A DNA stretch of 64,000 nucleotides, from positions 1 to 64,000 of the forward strand of contig JAPDFW010000137.1 of assembly GCA_028826165.1 (NCBI GenBank), given 5' to 3'. The notes under the pieces are model-generated. The model saw only the letters and a list, made by a program, of their open reading frames with translations. It had not been told where the DNA came from and searched no databases. Source of the stretch: Anaeramoeba ignava BMAN (Eukaryota > Protista > Anaeramoebae). The position numbers and the translations under genes are program-made. Below, one piece after another: positions 28,141-43,100 of this stretch. Each line of letters begins with the position of its first letter. Within the stretch, counting starts at the first letter, position 1.

Positions 28141-31100
28141 TCATTTTAAATTTTGTTCAAAACCTAAAGATTTCGCATCTAAAAAATTTAAATTAAAAAT
28201 TAATAATTAAATTAAAAATTAAAATTAAAAAAATTATTTTTACAAAGTGATTCAATTCCAATTCCAAAATTAGATTCTTTTGTAAATCGAACATTCGTTT
28301 CTAAAGAACAAAAACAAGGTTTGCATTTTATAGAAAATTGATTTGGAATTTGTTTTTTTGTTTCAAAAAGAAGAATATTTTGGAAATTTTGCCAAATATT
28401 TGAATTTTTTAAAATGATTGAAAGAGGATGATCATCAGAAACAATTTCTGATTTGAAACGGAAAATATTAAGAATTGAGATAATAAAAGCTGTAATTGCA
28501 TAATTTTTCTTTTGCTCTCGAATTTGTGTGAATTTTGAAATTAATTTTGAAATGAATGAAAGATCATTTAATAATAAATTGTATAATTCTTTAATATCCA
28601 TTTTAACAATTGCATCAATAATTCTGTAAAATTTTGTATGAAAAATTGTTGAATTTCTTTTTGAAGAAATTAATAAATAAAATAAGAAAATTTGGATTGA
28701 ATAATAAATTTTACGGATATGAAAAAAACCAATTAATTAATGTTTCCCAAACTTCCTTTTTAATTGATAATAAAAAAGAATCTTTTGGTGGAATTGAAGA
28801 TTGCATCTCATAATCAGCAACATTAGCAAAAATTTGGATCATTTTAAGATATTGTGGATTCAAAGAAATTGAAGAAGGAAAATTTTTTGGATTTTGTTCT
28901 TTTTGTGAATTAAGTTCAATTTTGTTCATTATAAAATCACTCAATTCAAGTATATGAATTTTCAAATTGCACATGATATCGTTTTTAATAAAGGAAAGTC
29001 TATTTTCAATACGAGGAGGAGTTTCAAAGATTTCTGAAAAATCAAAGAGTTGTTCTTGACTATAAAAAAATGTTTTAAAAATTAATTTAAATTTAAAAAT
29101 TTAAAAATTAATAAATTAATAAATTATAACCATTTCTCCAAAGTAAAACATAAAATATTCAAAAATTCATATGATTTTTGTTCAGAATATTTTTGAGTTT
29201 TGTTTGTTATAACTTCAAAAATTTTTTGTATTAAAAAAGGATGTTCTTTTTGGAAAGTATTTTGTAATAAAATTTGAGAATTTGGATCAAACATTAATTT
29301 GCTAATAACATTTATGAGGAAATCTGATAAACGACCAACATATTTAGCTAATTAAAAAATATATATATAAATAAATAATTTCGGAATTATTTGTTTAAAA
29401 ATTATACGTTTTTTATGGTAAATAATTTGAGAAAAAATATTTGGAATAAAAAGAATTGATTCGCTTGAAAGATATCTATAAACTTCAGTAAAAGTGGAAC
29501 GCATATTTGCATATTTGTTTTTGATTCCCATCTGGAAGAAGGTAAAAAGAGATTCATTGATTGGAGTTAAATGAGTAAAATGGAAATGCTGAGAAGAGAA
29601 TATTTGTTTTTGATTCCCATCTTTTGGAAGAAGGTAAAAAGAGATTCATTGAGTTAATTGAGGATAAAATGGAAAAAGAACTAATTATATTTTAATATTG
29701 ATTTTAATTTAAATTTTAATTTAAATTTTAATTTTTGATTTTGATTTTAATTTTGATTTTAATTTTAATTTTGATTTTTGAATTTAAATTTTTAATTTTG
29801 ATTTTTGATTTTCTTTAAATTTTTAATTTTTTTTAATTTTAAAATTTTTTAATATTAATTTTTCATTTTTCCATTTTAATTTTGATTGAGGATTTTGAAA
29901 ATTTAATTTTAATTTTAAATTTGATTTTAATTTTAACACAATTTTAATTTTAAATTTTAATTTTGAATTTTGATTTTAATTTTTTAATTTTAATTTTAAT
30001 TTTAATTTTAAATTTAGATTTGAATTTTAATTTTAATTTTGATTTTTAATTTTGATTTTATTTAAATTTTAATTTAAATTTAATTTTAATTTAAATTTTT
30101 TAAATTTTTGATTTTTTAAATTTGATTTTAATTTTAATTTTGATTTTAATTTTGAATTTGATTTTAAAATTTTTATGAATCAAAATACTAATTGAAGAAA
30201 TATTTTTGAGTATATATTCTGAATCTGGATATAAAGAAACAAGAATAAGTATTGTTTTTTCTGATAAATAATTTGATATTTTAAGCATATCTTGTGAATC
30301 CAATTTTTGAATTAAATTTGTTTCTTGTGTTAAAGATATATTTTCTTGAAAATGTTGAATATAATTGTAGTTATGATAAAAATGTTGATGATTAGATTTA
30401 TTTTGAGAATTTTGTTTAAAATTTTTTGAAGTTGCAAATTTTCTTTTATAAGGAAGAAAATGCCGATTTATATCTACGTTTTTGTTTGAAAATGCTTTAA
30501 ATAAAGGTTTTTCTTTTGATGTGATTACTTTTGCAAATGAATATAAAGGTATTTTTGTGATTAAATTGACAAAAAGTCTGCAAGTAACTTTTTAATTTAT
30601 TTTTTTTTATTATAAAAATTTTAAATTAAATTTTTAAAATTAAAAATTAAAAATTATTGTTTTTACATTCATGTGATAAAAAACTAGCAATTTTGCCAAA
30701 AAGTTGAGGTTCAGGAAGAGAAACAAACTCATGAATTAATTCATCAATAGCGATAATATTTTCTTTTTGAAGCCAATCTTTTGGGTCTTTTTGAACAATT
30801 TCAAGTAATTGTAAATGGAAATGATCAAGAGAATCTGATTCCCAATCAGTTTCAGTTTTAATTTCAGTATCAGTATCAGTATCATCATCACTATCTGAAT
30901 TAGAAATATCACTACTATCACTAATAATAATATTATCAAATTCATTTAAATTTTCATTTTGATTTAAATTTTCTTTTTGATTTTCATTTAAATTTTCACT
31001 TTTAAATTTTCTTTTTAAATTTTCTTCTTGATCTGAATCATCAGAAAAGGAAGATAAAGAAGTTGAAGATAAAGAAGCAATTTCATCTAAAATTAATTTA

Positions 31101-31282
31101 TTCTCGTTTCCATAAGTTGTATCAAAATCTTCAAGTAAAACATTAAATTCTGATTTTAAATCAATTTCTGTTTCTGCTATTGGATGAAATCTTGCTTTTA
31201 AATGATTTAATTCTAAATTCATTTCTTCTATTGATTGCGAATCTTCATCTTCTAATTGAATTTCTGTAAAATTATTTGACAT
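28141..31282 (-). CDS. Putative SAPS/SIT4-associated (PP6 regulatory subunit)-like protein, multi-exon
   Basis: Acidic N-terminus. INWFFSYP-NSTIFHTKFYRIIDAI resembles the SAPS FFxYPWNNFLH motif. Several GT-AG exons, the last at 28178-28141 ending in TGA. The frame is disturbed by a duplication at about 29510-29680. Confidence 0.5.
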
Positions 31283-31373
31283 TTTTTTTTTTTGAAATAA
31301 TTTTTATTAAGAAGAAAAAAATGAAACAGAAAAAAAATGAAATAAATTAAATTTTGAAATTAAATTTTATTCA

Positions 31374-34300
31374 TTAAACATTCATTTTTCCATTATTTGA
31401 ATTTGTGAATGAAACCATTGATTCTTTAAGCATTTCTTGTCTTTTTTTGTACCAAATATTCAGACCAATTCCTGAAAAAACAAGAAAAACTCCAATTAAA
31501 TATTTCCAAGTAAAAGGTTTTGAAAAAATAAAAAAGGAAGTTAAAATTGTGAAAAATTTGCGAAGAGTTGTTGTTGTGACAGCAATATGAACTCCGAATA
31601 GTTCTATAAGTATTAAAACTGTTGCTGAACCAACATATCCAACTGCGCCAAATGGCACTATCATTAGAAATATTGTTTTATTTTTTAGTGCGTAATCAAA
31701 AAAATGGAAAAATTCTCCTGATATTAAAATTAGTGCTAAGATTATCATGGATGCTATTAAATAGATATAATGAACCATTTCTGATTGAGTTGGTCTATAT
31801 TTTTTCATAACTCTCTAAAATTTTTTAAATTTTAAATATAAATTTGATTTTAATTTTAATTTTAATTTTAATTTTTAATTTAATTTTGAATATAAATTTG
31901 ATTTTAATTTTAAATATAAATTTAATTTTAATTTTAATTTTAATTTTAATTTAATTTTAATTTTAATTTTAATTTTAATTTTAATTTTGATTTTAATTTT
32001 AATTTTAATTTTGATTTTAATTTTAATTTTATAAATGAATTTTGAATTTTAATTTTAATTTTAATTTGATTTTAATTTTAATTTTAATTTTGATTTTAAT
32101 TTTAATATTAATTTTGAATTTTAATTTTTAATTTTAAATAATTTTAATTTTAATTTTTAATTTTAATTTTAATTTTAATTTTAATTTTAATTTTAATTTT
32201 AATTTTAATTTTAATTTTAATTTTAATTTTGAATATAAATTTAATTTTAATTTAAATTTTAATTTTAATTTAAATTTTAATTTTAATTTTAATTTTAATT
32301 TTAATTTTAATTTTAATTTTAATTTTAATTTTAATTTTAATTTTAATTTTAATTTTAATTTTAATTTTAATTTTAATTTTAATTTTAATTTTAATTTTAT
32401 AAATGAATTTGAATTTTAATTTTAATTTTAATTTGATTTTAATTTTAATTTTAATTTTTAATTTTAATTTTATAAATGAATTTTAATTTTAAAAATATTT
32501 TACTTCCTGATTATTTCCCATAAAAGAATCACCAATTAAAGCAAACATCATAATTAAAATTCCAGCATAATTAAATCTTGGTGAAATTGCTATGTTTTCA
32601 ACAGTAAAAACAACTATTCCAAAAATCATAAGAATTGCAGCAGAATATTGAACCCAAGAATATCGAACATTTTGAATAAATTTACCAGCTATCATAACAA
32701 AAATAATTTTCGAACTTTTCAAAATTACTTGAACAGGAAAATCCAAGTATACACATGCCCAATTTGAAAGTCCCATACTTCCAATAACATAAACTGCAAG
32801 CATAATATATTCATTGATTGGTGCTCTAAATATAAATTTAATTATAAATTTAATTATATATTTAATTATATATTTAATTATAAATTGTAAAATAAATTAT
32901 AAAATAAATTGTAAAATAAATTATAAAATAAATTATAAAATAAATTATAAAATAAATTATAAAATAAATTATAAAATAAATTATAAAATAAATTATAAAA
33001 TAAATTATAAAATAAATTATAAAATAAATTATAAAATAAATTATAAAATAAATTATAAAATAAATTATAAAATAAATTATAAAATAAATTATAAAATAAA
33101 TTATAAAATAAATTATAAAATAAATTGTAAAATAAATTATAAAATAAATTATAAAATAAATTATAAAATAAATTATAAAATAAATTATAAAATAAATTAT
33201 AAAATAAATTATAAAATAAATTATAAAATAAATTATAAAATAAATTATAAAATAAATTATAAAAATAAATTATAAAATAAATTATAAAAATAAATTGTAA
33301 AATAAATTGTAAAAATAAATTATAAAATAAATTATAAAAATAAATTATAAAATAAATTATAAAATAAATTATAAAATAAATTATAAAATAAATTATAAAA
33401 ATAAATTATAAAATAAATTATAAAATAAATTATAAAATAAATTATAAAATAAATTATAAAAATAAATTGTAAAATAAACTATAAAATAAATTGTAAAATA
33501 AATTATAAAATAAATTATAAAATAAATTATAAAATAAATTATAAAATAAATTATAAAATAAATTATAAAAATAAATTATAAAATAAATTATAAAATAAAT
33601 TATAAAATAAATTGTAAAATAAATTGTAAAATAAATTCTTAAAATAAATTGTAAAATAAATTGTAAAAATAAATTGTAAAATAAATTATAAAATAAATTA
33701 TAAAATAAATTGTAAAAATAAATTATAAAATAAATTGTAAAATAAAATTATAAAATAAATTATAAAAATAAATTGTAAAATAAATTATAAAAATAAATTA
33801 TAAAATAAATTATAAAATAAATTATAAAATAAATTATAAAATAAATTATAAAATAAAATTTATAAAATAAATTATAAAATAAATTATAAAAATAAATTAT
33901 AAAAATAAAAAATTAAAAAAAAAAAAATTATAAAATAAATTATAAAATAAATTATATAAAATAAATTATAAAATAAATTATAAAATAAATATAAAAATAA
34001 ATTATAAAAATAAATTATAAAATAAATTATAAAATAAATTATAAAAATAAATATATAAAATAAATTATAAAAATAAATTATAAAAATAAATTATAAAATA
34101 AATTATAAAATAAATTATAAAATAAATTATAAAATAAATTATAAAAATAAATTATATAAAATAAATTATAAAATAAATTATAAAAAAAACAAATAAAAAT
34201 AAATTATAAAATAAAATAAACAAATTATAAAAATAAATTATAAAAATAAATTATAAAATAAATTATAAAAATAAATTATAAAATAAATTATAAAAAAATA

Positions 34301-37300
34301 AATTATAAAATAAATTATAAAAATAAATTATAAAAATAAATTATAAAATAAATTATAAAAAAAATTATAAAATAAATTATAAAATAAATTATAAAAAATA
34401 AATTATAAAATAAATTATAAAATAAATTATAAAATAAATTATAAAATAAATTATAAAATAAATTATAAAATAAATTATAAAAAATAAATTATAAAATAAA
34501 TTATAAAAAAAATTATAAAATAAATTATAAAATAAATATATAAAATAAATTATAAAATAAAATTATAAAATAAATTAAAAATAAAAAATAAAAAAATTAT
34601 AAAACAAAATTATAAAATAAATTATAAAAATAAATTATAAAATAAATTATAAAAAAATAAAATAAATTATAAAATAAATTATAAAAATAAATTATAAAAT
34701 AAATTATAAAAAAATAAATTATAAAATAAATTATAAAATAAATTATAAAATAAATTATAAAAATAAATTATAAAAAATAAAAAAAAAAAATAAATTATAA
34801 AATAAATTATTAAAATAAATTATAAAAAAATAAAAATAAAAACAAAATAAATTATAAAATAAATTATAAAATAAATTATAAAAATAAATTATAAATAAAT
34901 TATAAAATAAATTATAAAATAAATTATAAAATAAAATTGTAAAATAAATTATAAAATAAATTATAAAAATAAATTATAAAAATAAAATAAAATAAATTAT
35001 AAAATAAATTGCAAAATAAATTATAAAAACAAATTATAAAAATAAATTATAAAAATAAATTATAAAATAAATTATATAAAATAAATTATAAAATAAATTA
35101 TAAAATAAATTATAAAATAAATTATAAAATAAAATAAAATAAAAATAAAATAAATTATAAAATAAATTATAAAAATAAATTATAAAATAAATTATAAAAA
35201 TAAAATAAAATAAATTATAAAATAAATTATAAAATAAATTATAAAATAAATTATAAAAACAAAATTATAAAAATAAATTATAAAATAAATTATAAAATAA
35301 ATTATAAAAAATAAAATAAAAAATTATAAAAATAAATTATAAAATAAATTATAAAATAAATTATAAAAATAAATTATAAAAATAAAATTATAAAATAAAA
35401 TAAAAAATAAAAATAAATTATAAAAAAAATAAATTATAAAATAAATTATAAAATAAATTATAAAATAAAAACAAAATAAATTATAAAAAAAAAAAATAAA
35501 AATAAAATAAATTATAAAATAAATTATAAAAATAAATTATAAAATAAATATAAAAAATAAATTATAAAATAAATTATAAAAATAAATTATAAAATAAATT
35601 ATAAAATAAAATTATAAAATAAATTATAAAATAAATTATAAAATAAATTATAAAAATAAATTATAAAATAAATTATAAAATAAATTATAAAAAAAATAAA
35701 AAACAAAATAAAATAAAATTCCTTTTATAAAATAAATTATAAAAAATAAATTATAAAATAAATTATAAAAAAAATTAAAAATAAAATTATAAAAATAAAT
35801 TATAAAATAAATTATAAAATAAATTATAAAAAAAAAAAATTATAAAATAAATTATAAAAATAAATTATAAAATAAATTATAAAATAAATTATAAAAATAA
35901 ATCATATAAAATAAATTATAAAATAAATTATAAAATAAATTATAAAAATAAATTATAAAAATAAATTATAAAATAAATTATAAAATAAATTATAAAAATA
36001 AATTATAAAACAAATTATAAAATAAATTATAAAAATAAATTATAAAATAAATTATAAAAATAAATTATAAAAATAAATTATAAAATATCATATAAAATAA
36101 ATTATAAAATAAATTATAAAAATAAAATTATAAAATAAATTATAAAATAAATTAAAACAAATTATAAAAATAAATTATAAAATAAATTATAAAATAAATT
36201 AAAAAAATAAATTATAAAAATAAAATAAAATAAAAAAAAATAAATTATAAAATAAAAAATAAAAATAAAAATAAAAAAATAAATTACAAAAATAAAATTA
36301 TAAAATAAATTATAAAATAAATTATAAAATAAATTATAAAATAAATTATAAAAAAAAATTATAAAAATAAATTATAAAATAAATTATAAAATAAATTATA
36401 AAATAAATTATAAAAATAAATCATAAAAATAAATTATAAAATAAATTATAAAATAAATTATAAAATAAATTATAAAAATAAATTATAAAATAAATTATAA
36501 AATAAATTATAAAAATAAATTATAAAATAAATTGTAAAATAAATTATAAAATAAATTATAAAAATAAATAAATTGTAAAATAAATTGTAAAATAAATTGT
36601 AAAATAAATTGTAAAAATAAATTGTAAAATAAATTATAAAATAAATTATAAAATAAATTATAAAAAATAAATTGTAAAATAAATTAAAATAAATTATAAA
36701 ATAAATTGTAAAAATAAATTAAAATTAAAAATAAATTATAAAAATAAATTATAAAATAAATTATAAAAATAAATTATAAAATAAATTATAAAATAAATTG
36801 TAAAAAATAAATTTAATTTTTAAAATAAATTGTAAAATAAATTATAAAATAAATTATAAAATAAATTATAAAATAAATTATAAAATAAATTGTAAAATAA
36901 ATTATAAAATAAATTATAAAATAAATTATAAAATAAATTGTAAAATAAATTATAAAATAAATTATAAAAATAAATTATAAAATAAATTATAAAATAAATT
37001 ATAAAATAAATTAAATTATAAATTATAAAATAAATTAAATTATAAATTATAAAATAAATTATAAAATAAAAACAAAATAAATTATAAAATAAATTATAAA
37101 ATAAATTATAAAATAAATTATAAAATAAATTATAAAATAAATTATAAAATAAATTATAAAATAAATTATAAAATAAATTATAAAATAAATTATAAAATAA
37201 ATTTAATTATAAATTGTAAAATAAATTGTAAAATAAATTATAAATTTAATTATATATTTAATTATATATTTAATTATAAATTGTAAAATAAATTATAAAA

Positions 37301-37644
37301 TAAATTATAAAATAAATTATAAAATAAATTATAAAATAAATTATAAAATAAATTATAAAATAAATTATAAAATAAATTATAAAATAAATTATAAAATACC
37401 TTCTTGGTTGGTGAAAAGACACTTTAAGATCAACTTTTGCCAGAAAAGAAAAAATAAAGAATTGAAAAAAAGTTAAAGTCCAAGCAAAATTAAAACCTTT
37501 TTCAAGAAATAGTTTTTCTTGTATTATTGAAGAAACACCAAAACAAGTAAAGATAATGAAACTGCAAATAATAAATGTTGTTGTTTTAGAGTTTTTATTA
37601 AAACTTTTTCCAAATATTTTTGCTTCTTGTTCACTATTTATCAT
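31374..37644 (-). CDS. UAA-family nucleotide-sugar/PAPS transporter (SLC35B3-like)
   Basis: Exons 37644-37400, 32825-32504 and 31814-31374 join in frame. Motifs QEKLF..LTFFQF, YLDFPVQVILKSSKIIFVM, DSFMGNNQE, TTLRKFFTILTSFFIFSKPFT. Confidence 0.88.
32826..37399 (-). repeat. 4.57-kb intron of (TAAAATAAATTA)n as read on the + strand
   Basis: 12-mer array between the donor at 37399 and the acceptor at 32826. Confidence 0.9.
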
Positions 37645-37721
37645 TCTCTAAAACAAAAATTAAAAAGAAAAAAATGAAAAAATGAAAAAACAAAAATTTT
37701 TTTTTCTTTTTTTTTTATTAT

Positions 37722-38434
37722 AATTTTTAATTTTTAATTAGATTTTATTTGGAATTTGTTTCCAATCCAAAAAAAAGAAAAAGAAAAAGAAAAAATTATT
37801 GAAAATTATTGAAGATTATTGAAAATTATTGAAGATTATTGAAGATTATTGAAGATTATTGAAGATTATGGATTTTTTTTTTATAAGAGAATTAAAGTTT
37901 ATGATAATCAAGATCATTAACATCAAATTGATAATTATCTGAATTTTTAATTTTTAATTAGATTTTATTTGGAATTTGTTTCCAATCCAAAAAAAAAAAA
38001 GAAAAAGAAAAAGAAAAAGAAAAAGAAAAGATTATTGAAGATTATTGGATTTTTTTTTTATAAGAGAATTAAAGTTTATGATAATCAAGATCATTAGCAT
38101 CAAATTGATAATTATCTTAATTTTTAATTTTTAATTAAATTTTATTTGGAATTTGTTTCCAATCCAAAAAAAAAAAAAGAAAAGATTATTGAAAATTATT
38201 GAAAATTATTGGATTTTTTTTTATAAGAGAATTAAAGTTTATGATAATTAAGATCATTAGCATCAAATTGATAATTATCTGAATTTTTAATTTTTAATTA
38301 GATTTTATTTGGAATTTGTTTCCAATCCAAAAAAAAAAAAAGAAAAGATTATTGGAAATTATTGGATTTTTTTTTTATAAGAGAATTAAAGTTTATGATA
38401 ATCAAGATCATTAGCATCAAATTGATAATTATCT
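37722..38434. repeat. Four-copy tandem repeat (about 165-220 bp) of the last codons, stop and 3' flank of the 38386..39867 gene
   Basis: TTAAAGTTTATGATAATCAAGATCATTAGCATCAAATTGATAATTATCT occurs at about 37892, 38069, 38232 and 38386, each preceded by TTTTATTTGGAATTTGTTTCCAATCC. Confidence 0.9.
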
Positions 38435-39867
38435 GAATCTTCAGAATCAGTTAAAAGTTCTTTTTCAGGAACGGATTTTTTTGGATGAGTTTTTCTATAC
38501 AAGATCATAAAAATCAAAACAGCGACGATAACCGGGATACCAGAAGCAAATACGATGATGATGATAATCTTAGCATTGCTTGAAGAAGTAGTTGTATTAT
38601 CACTAGCTTTAGTGGGTCTTGGTTCATGACTAATAGAAGGATTATAACTAGGCGATGGTGCTGGCGTTGAAACCGAGTACAGAACAACATAGCCGCCTCT
38701 TGGCGCAGTGACGCACGTAGCATTGTCTTTGATGGAAACGCGCGCGCCGAAATTTGCGTCTGGTTTGCCAAGTGCGGTGAATATCCATTCTTCTGCTTGA
38801 TTATCCCAAACAGCAAAACTGCCGTTGGACAAAAATTCATCCTTAATACTCCCCTCTGTGCTGTTCGCATTGGGATCCCCCATCAGCACTATAGACTCCG
38901 TGAGTTGCATTGTTTGCGGGTTCGTGCTTAGATTCTTTGTGTATGTTTCTGTCCAGTTTGTGTCTTGATAAACAAACTCGGCAAGTGTGGAAAAGTACGC
39001 AGTCGGATTGAAATTAATATCAAAAGAAACATTGAGTTTGATTGCGACAACCGTGTTGTTCGGCATGATCCCTGAAAGCGGGATGCCGTAGAAGTTCGAG
39101 ATGGAGAACTCTAAGTTGCAAGCGTGGAAGACCTTTGTGTAAAGAAGTGACGCGTTTTTTTGGTAGATATAAACGCAACGGAAAGACGAAACAACCAAAT
39201 ACTCCGCGTTCATGCTCACAGACATCCCGTACATCGATGGGATAAACATGATGTAGTTGTTCTCTTCCTCAGTCGGCATTTTTTGGATAAAATTATATGT
39301 TGTTTTATTAAGCTGGTAAATTGTGACCGACGAATTGAATTGCGATGAGATGTTCAAATCAACATCGCTCACAATCAGGAAGTCTTCGTACATCGCGAGA
39401 ATTTGTCCGAATGTTTTCGTGTTCTGGCCCTGATCAGGCGCGATTTCAAACGTGATATTTTCTGGGGAGGTGTAATTATAAATGCACTTTAAAACCGAAG
39501 TGCCATTTGAATCATCGCCAAAATTAGATGTCGTATTGTTATACGCAGCGTACACAAGATAGTCCTTAGACAGCGCAATTGTGTGGTACACATTGTAGGT
39601 AGTCAGATTAGAAAGCTGCGTCATACTTAGATACTCGTAATTCTGAGACGCTATTGTCTCGTTCGTTGTTGTGTTCAGAAGAATCCATGTGTTGCTCGAG
39701 TTTTCCGCATATGCTGTCCGTATAAGCAGTATATCTTCGTTCACAGCGCAATCTAGTTGATCGTATTCTCCGTCTAGTGTGTAGGTTGTGCTGTTCCAGT
39801 CAAGTTGTTTTGTTGGAAATGCGATATATAGAATTGTTATTGTTATTAAAATTATTTTATTATTCAT
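38386..39867 (-). CDS. Single-pass type I membrane glycoprotein with FG-GAP-like repeats
   Basis: Hydrophobic N-terminal signal, many NxS/T sites, FGQILAM, YGMSVSM and FGARVSI motifs, a P/S/T stalk, TM segment IIIIIVFASGIPVIVAVLIFMIL and an acidic tail. Intronless. Confidence 0.7.
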   Translation of the reverse strand: MNNKIILITITILYIAFPTKQLDWNSTTYTLDGEYDQLDCAVNEDILLIRTAYAENSSNTWILLNTTTNETIASQNYEYLSMTQLSNLTTYNVYHTIALSKDYLVYAAYNNTTSNFGDDSNGTSVLKCIYNYTSPENITFEIAPDQGQNTKTFGQILAMYEDFLIVSDVDLNISSQFNSSVTIYQLNKTTYNFIQKMPTEEENNYIMFIPSMYGMSVSMNAEYLVVSSFRCVYIYQKNASLLYTKVFHACNLEFSISNFYGIPLSGIMPNNTVVAIKLNVSFDINFNPTAYFSTLAEFVYQDTNWTETYTKNLSTNPQTMQLTESIVLMGDPNANSTEGSIKDEFLSNGSFAVWDNQAEEWIFTALGKPDANFGARVSIKDNATCVTAPRGGYVVLYSVSTPAPSPSYNPSISHEPRPTKASDNTTTSSSNAKIIIIIVFASGIPVIVAVLIFMILYRKTHPKKSVPEKELLTDSEDSDNYQFDANDLDYHKL

Positions 39868-40128
39868 TAAATGAAAAAAAATGATGAAAAAGCAAAAAAA
39901 AAAACAACAAAGTAAAAAGAAAAATTATCAAACAGAAAAAAGAAAAAAGAAAAAAAGAAAAAAGAAAAAAGAAAAAATGAAATTTAGATTTGATTTTTTT
40001 TTTTAATTTGATTTTCTTTTAAAAAAATATTTGAAAGTTTTTTTTTCAAGAAGAATTAAAACTTTCAAAAAGAAAAAATCAAAAATCAAAAACTGAAGAA
40101 ATTAAAAAAAAAAGATTAAAAAAAAAGA

Positions 40129-43100
40129 TTATTTGAGTTTTTCAAATTCATTATTAATCCATTCACTATCTTTCATTGGGAAACCACGAGAAGGAGAATA
40201 AGGTTTTTTACGAGGAACAAAAGAGATGCAATCTGTAACAGGACAAACATCGTAACATAATCCACAACCTGTACAATCATCAGTAATAACAGGTATATGT
40301 GTAACAGAATCGAATTTAATAGCAGAATATCCTGTATCAGCGCAAGTTAAATAACATTCTATTTTAAATTAAATTAAATTAAATTAAATTAAATCAATTA
40401 AATTAAATTAAATTAAATTAAATTAAATTAAATTAAATTAAATTAAATCTTTTAAATAAAATCAATTATTTTAAATTAAATTAAATTAAATTAAATCAAA
40501 TTAAATTAAATCAATTATTTTAAATTAAATTAAATAAATTAAATTAATTAAATTAAATTAATTATTTTAAATTAAATTAAATCAAATTAAATTAATTATT
40601 TTAAATTAAATTAAATTAAATTAAATTAAATTAAATTAAATTAAATTAAATTAATTTAAATTAATTAAATCAAATAAATTAAAATTAAATTAAATTAAAT
40701 TAAATAAATTAAATTAATTAAATTAATTATTTTAAATTAAATTAATTAAATTAATTATTTTAAAATAAATTAAATTAAATCAAATCAAATTAAATCAAAT
40801 TAAATTAAATTAAATTAAATTAAATTAAATTAAATTAAATTAAATTAAATTAATTAAATTAAATTAATTAAATTAAATTAAATTAAATATTTTAAATCAA
40901 ATTAAATCAATTAAATTAAATAAATCAATTAAATTAAATTAAATCAATTAAATTAAATTAAATTAAATTAAATCAAATCAAATCAAATCAAATTAAATTA
41001 AATCAAATCAAATCAAATTAAATCAAATTAAATTAAATTAAATTAAATTAAATAAATTAAATCAAATTAAATTAAATTAAATTAAATCAAATCAAATTAA
41101 ATTAAATCAAATTAAATCAAATTAAATCAAATTAAATCAAATTAAATTAAATTAAATCAAACTAAATATTTTAAAATAAATTAAATTAAATTAAATTAAT
41201 TAAATTAAATTAAATTAAATATTTTAAATTAAATATTTTAAATTAAATCAAATTAAATTAAATCAAATTAAATATTTTAAATTAAATCAAATTAAATATT
41301 TTAATTAAATTAAATCAAATCAAATTAAATATTTTAAATTAAATCAAATTAAATTAAATAAATTAAATTAAATTAAATAAATTAAATTAAATTAAATATT
41401 TTAAATTAAATCAAATTAAATTAAATATTTTAAATCAAATAAATTAAATTAAATAAATTAAATTAAATTAAATTAAATTAAATCAAATCAAATAAATTAA
41501 ATTAAATTAATTATTTTAAATCAAATCAAATCAAATTAAATTAAATCAATTATTTTAAATTAAATTAAATTAAATTAAATCAAATTAAATCAATTATTTT
41601 AAATTAAATTAAATAAATTAAATCAAATTAAATCAAATTAAATTAAATTAAATTAAATATTTTAAATTAAATTAAATTAATTAAATCAAATTAAATTAAA
41701 TCAAATTAAATCAAATTAAATTAAATATTTTAAATTAAATATTTTAAATTAAATTAAATTAAATCAAATTAAATTAAATCAAATATTTTAAATAAAATTA
41801 AATTAAATAAATCAAATTAAATTAAATTAAATTAAATTAAATTAAATTAAATTAAATTAAATTAAATAAATCAAATTAAATTAAATTAAATTAAAATAAA
41901 TTAAATCAAATTAAATATTTTAAATTAAATTAATTAAATAAATTAAATACTCCCGCAATTAATGCATTTAGTCTCATCCGCTATAAAAGCAACAACATGA
42001 TCAACATCTTCACTAGGAAGTTGGGATGTCCCAACAATTCGATTAACAGTAAGACCAACAATATCATTGATTCTGGGAATCTTATCAACTTTGCCAAGCT
42101 CAACAAACTCATTCTCATCAAACTTAACATCACTAAAAGAGAATTTCTTAAGAGCTTCCTTCTTAGCCTTGCGATTCTCAATCTCAAAATCTCCGAAACG
42201 AGGAAGTGCCTTGGAATATGAAAGATCAACATGCTGGCGATGTCTTTGGAATTGGAACTCCCAAGAATTGCGGAGATCGGGACGACCAAGCATGTACAAA
42301 AGACATCTGAGACCTGTGATATAGTCGTTGACAACAGTGTAGTCTTGGTTCTGTATCGATGAGCAGAATTGGATCACAGAGGCTCCTGCATAGATGTATT
42401 GAAGAGCCGCCTCTGCAGAGTCGCATCCACCAATACCAAGCACTGGGGATGGACTGATCTGTTTGTATGCAGAGGAAATAGCCTTGAGTGCTACAGGTCG
42501 CACAATGTTTCCGGAGACTCCTCCGTAGGAAGTTTTCTGGATGCTTCTGTCCTTCCCAACTGCAGGCCAACCTGTGGAATCGAATCGGATACCAGCAACT
42601 CCTGACACGGTATTGATGCCTGATATTCCTGTTGCGCCTCCCTTTTTGGCTGCTTCGGCAATGGCTGCTACGGATGTTGCATTGGGTGTTAATTTGGCGA
42701 AAAACGGAATCTTGACTGCTGCTGCGACCCATTTGCAAACTTGCTCAACTGCTTCAGGATTGGTGCCGATGGTCATTCCAAAAGCCTCTCCATGACGTCC
42801 AGAAATATGAGGACAACTTAAATTCAATTCAAGCGCGTCTGCTCCGTATTCTTGTGATACTTTCGCCAGTTTTTCCCATTCGGTTTGTTCGTAGATCGCC
42901 ATGATTGACGCAATCACAATGCGGTCGGGGAAGTCTTGCTTCAGCTCCTTGATCGCCTTGCACCAATACTCGCTTGTCTTCTCGGAAATCAGCTCAATAT
43001 TCAAGAATCCTTGTTGATGCGGCCCGAAGAGATTGTGGTCAGCGCTCTTTGTGATACGAGGGGAAACGTTAGTCGATACGTTGTTGTCAAGCGCAAAAGT

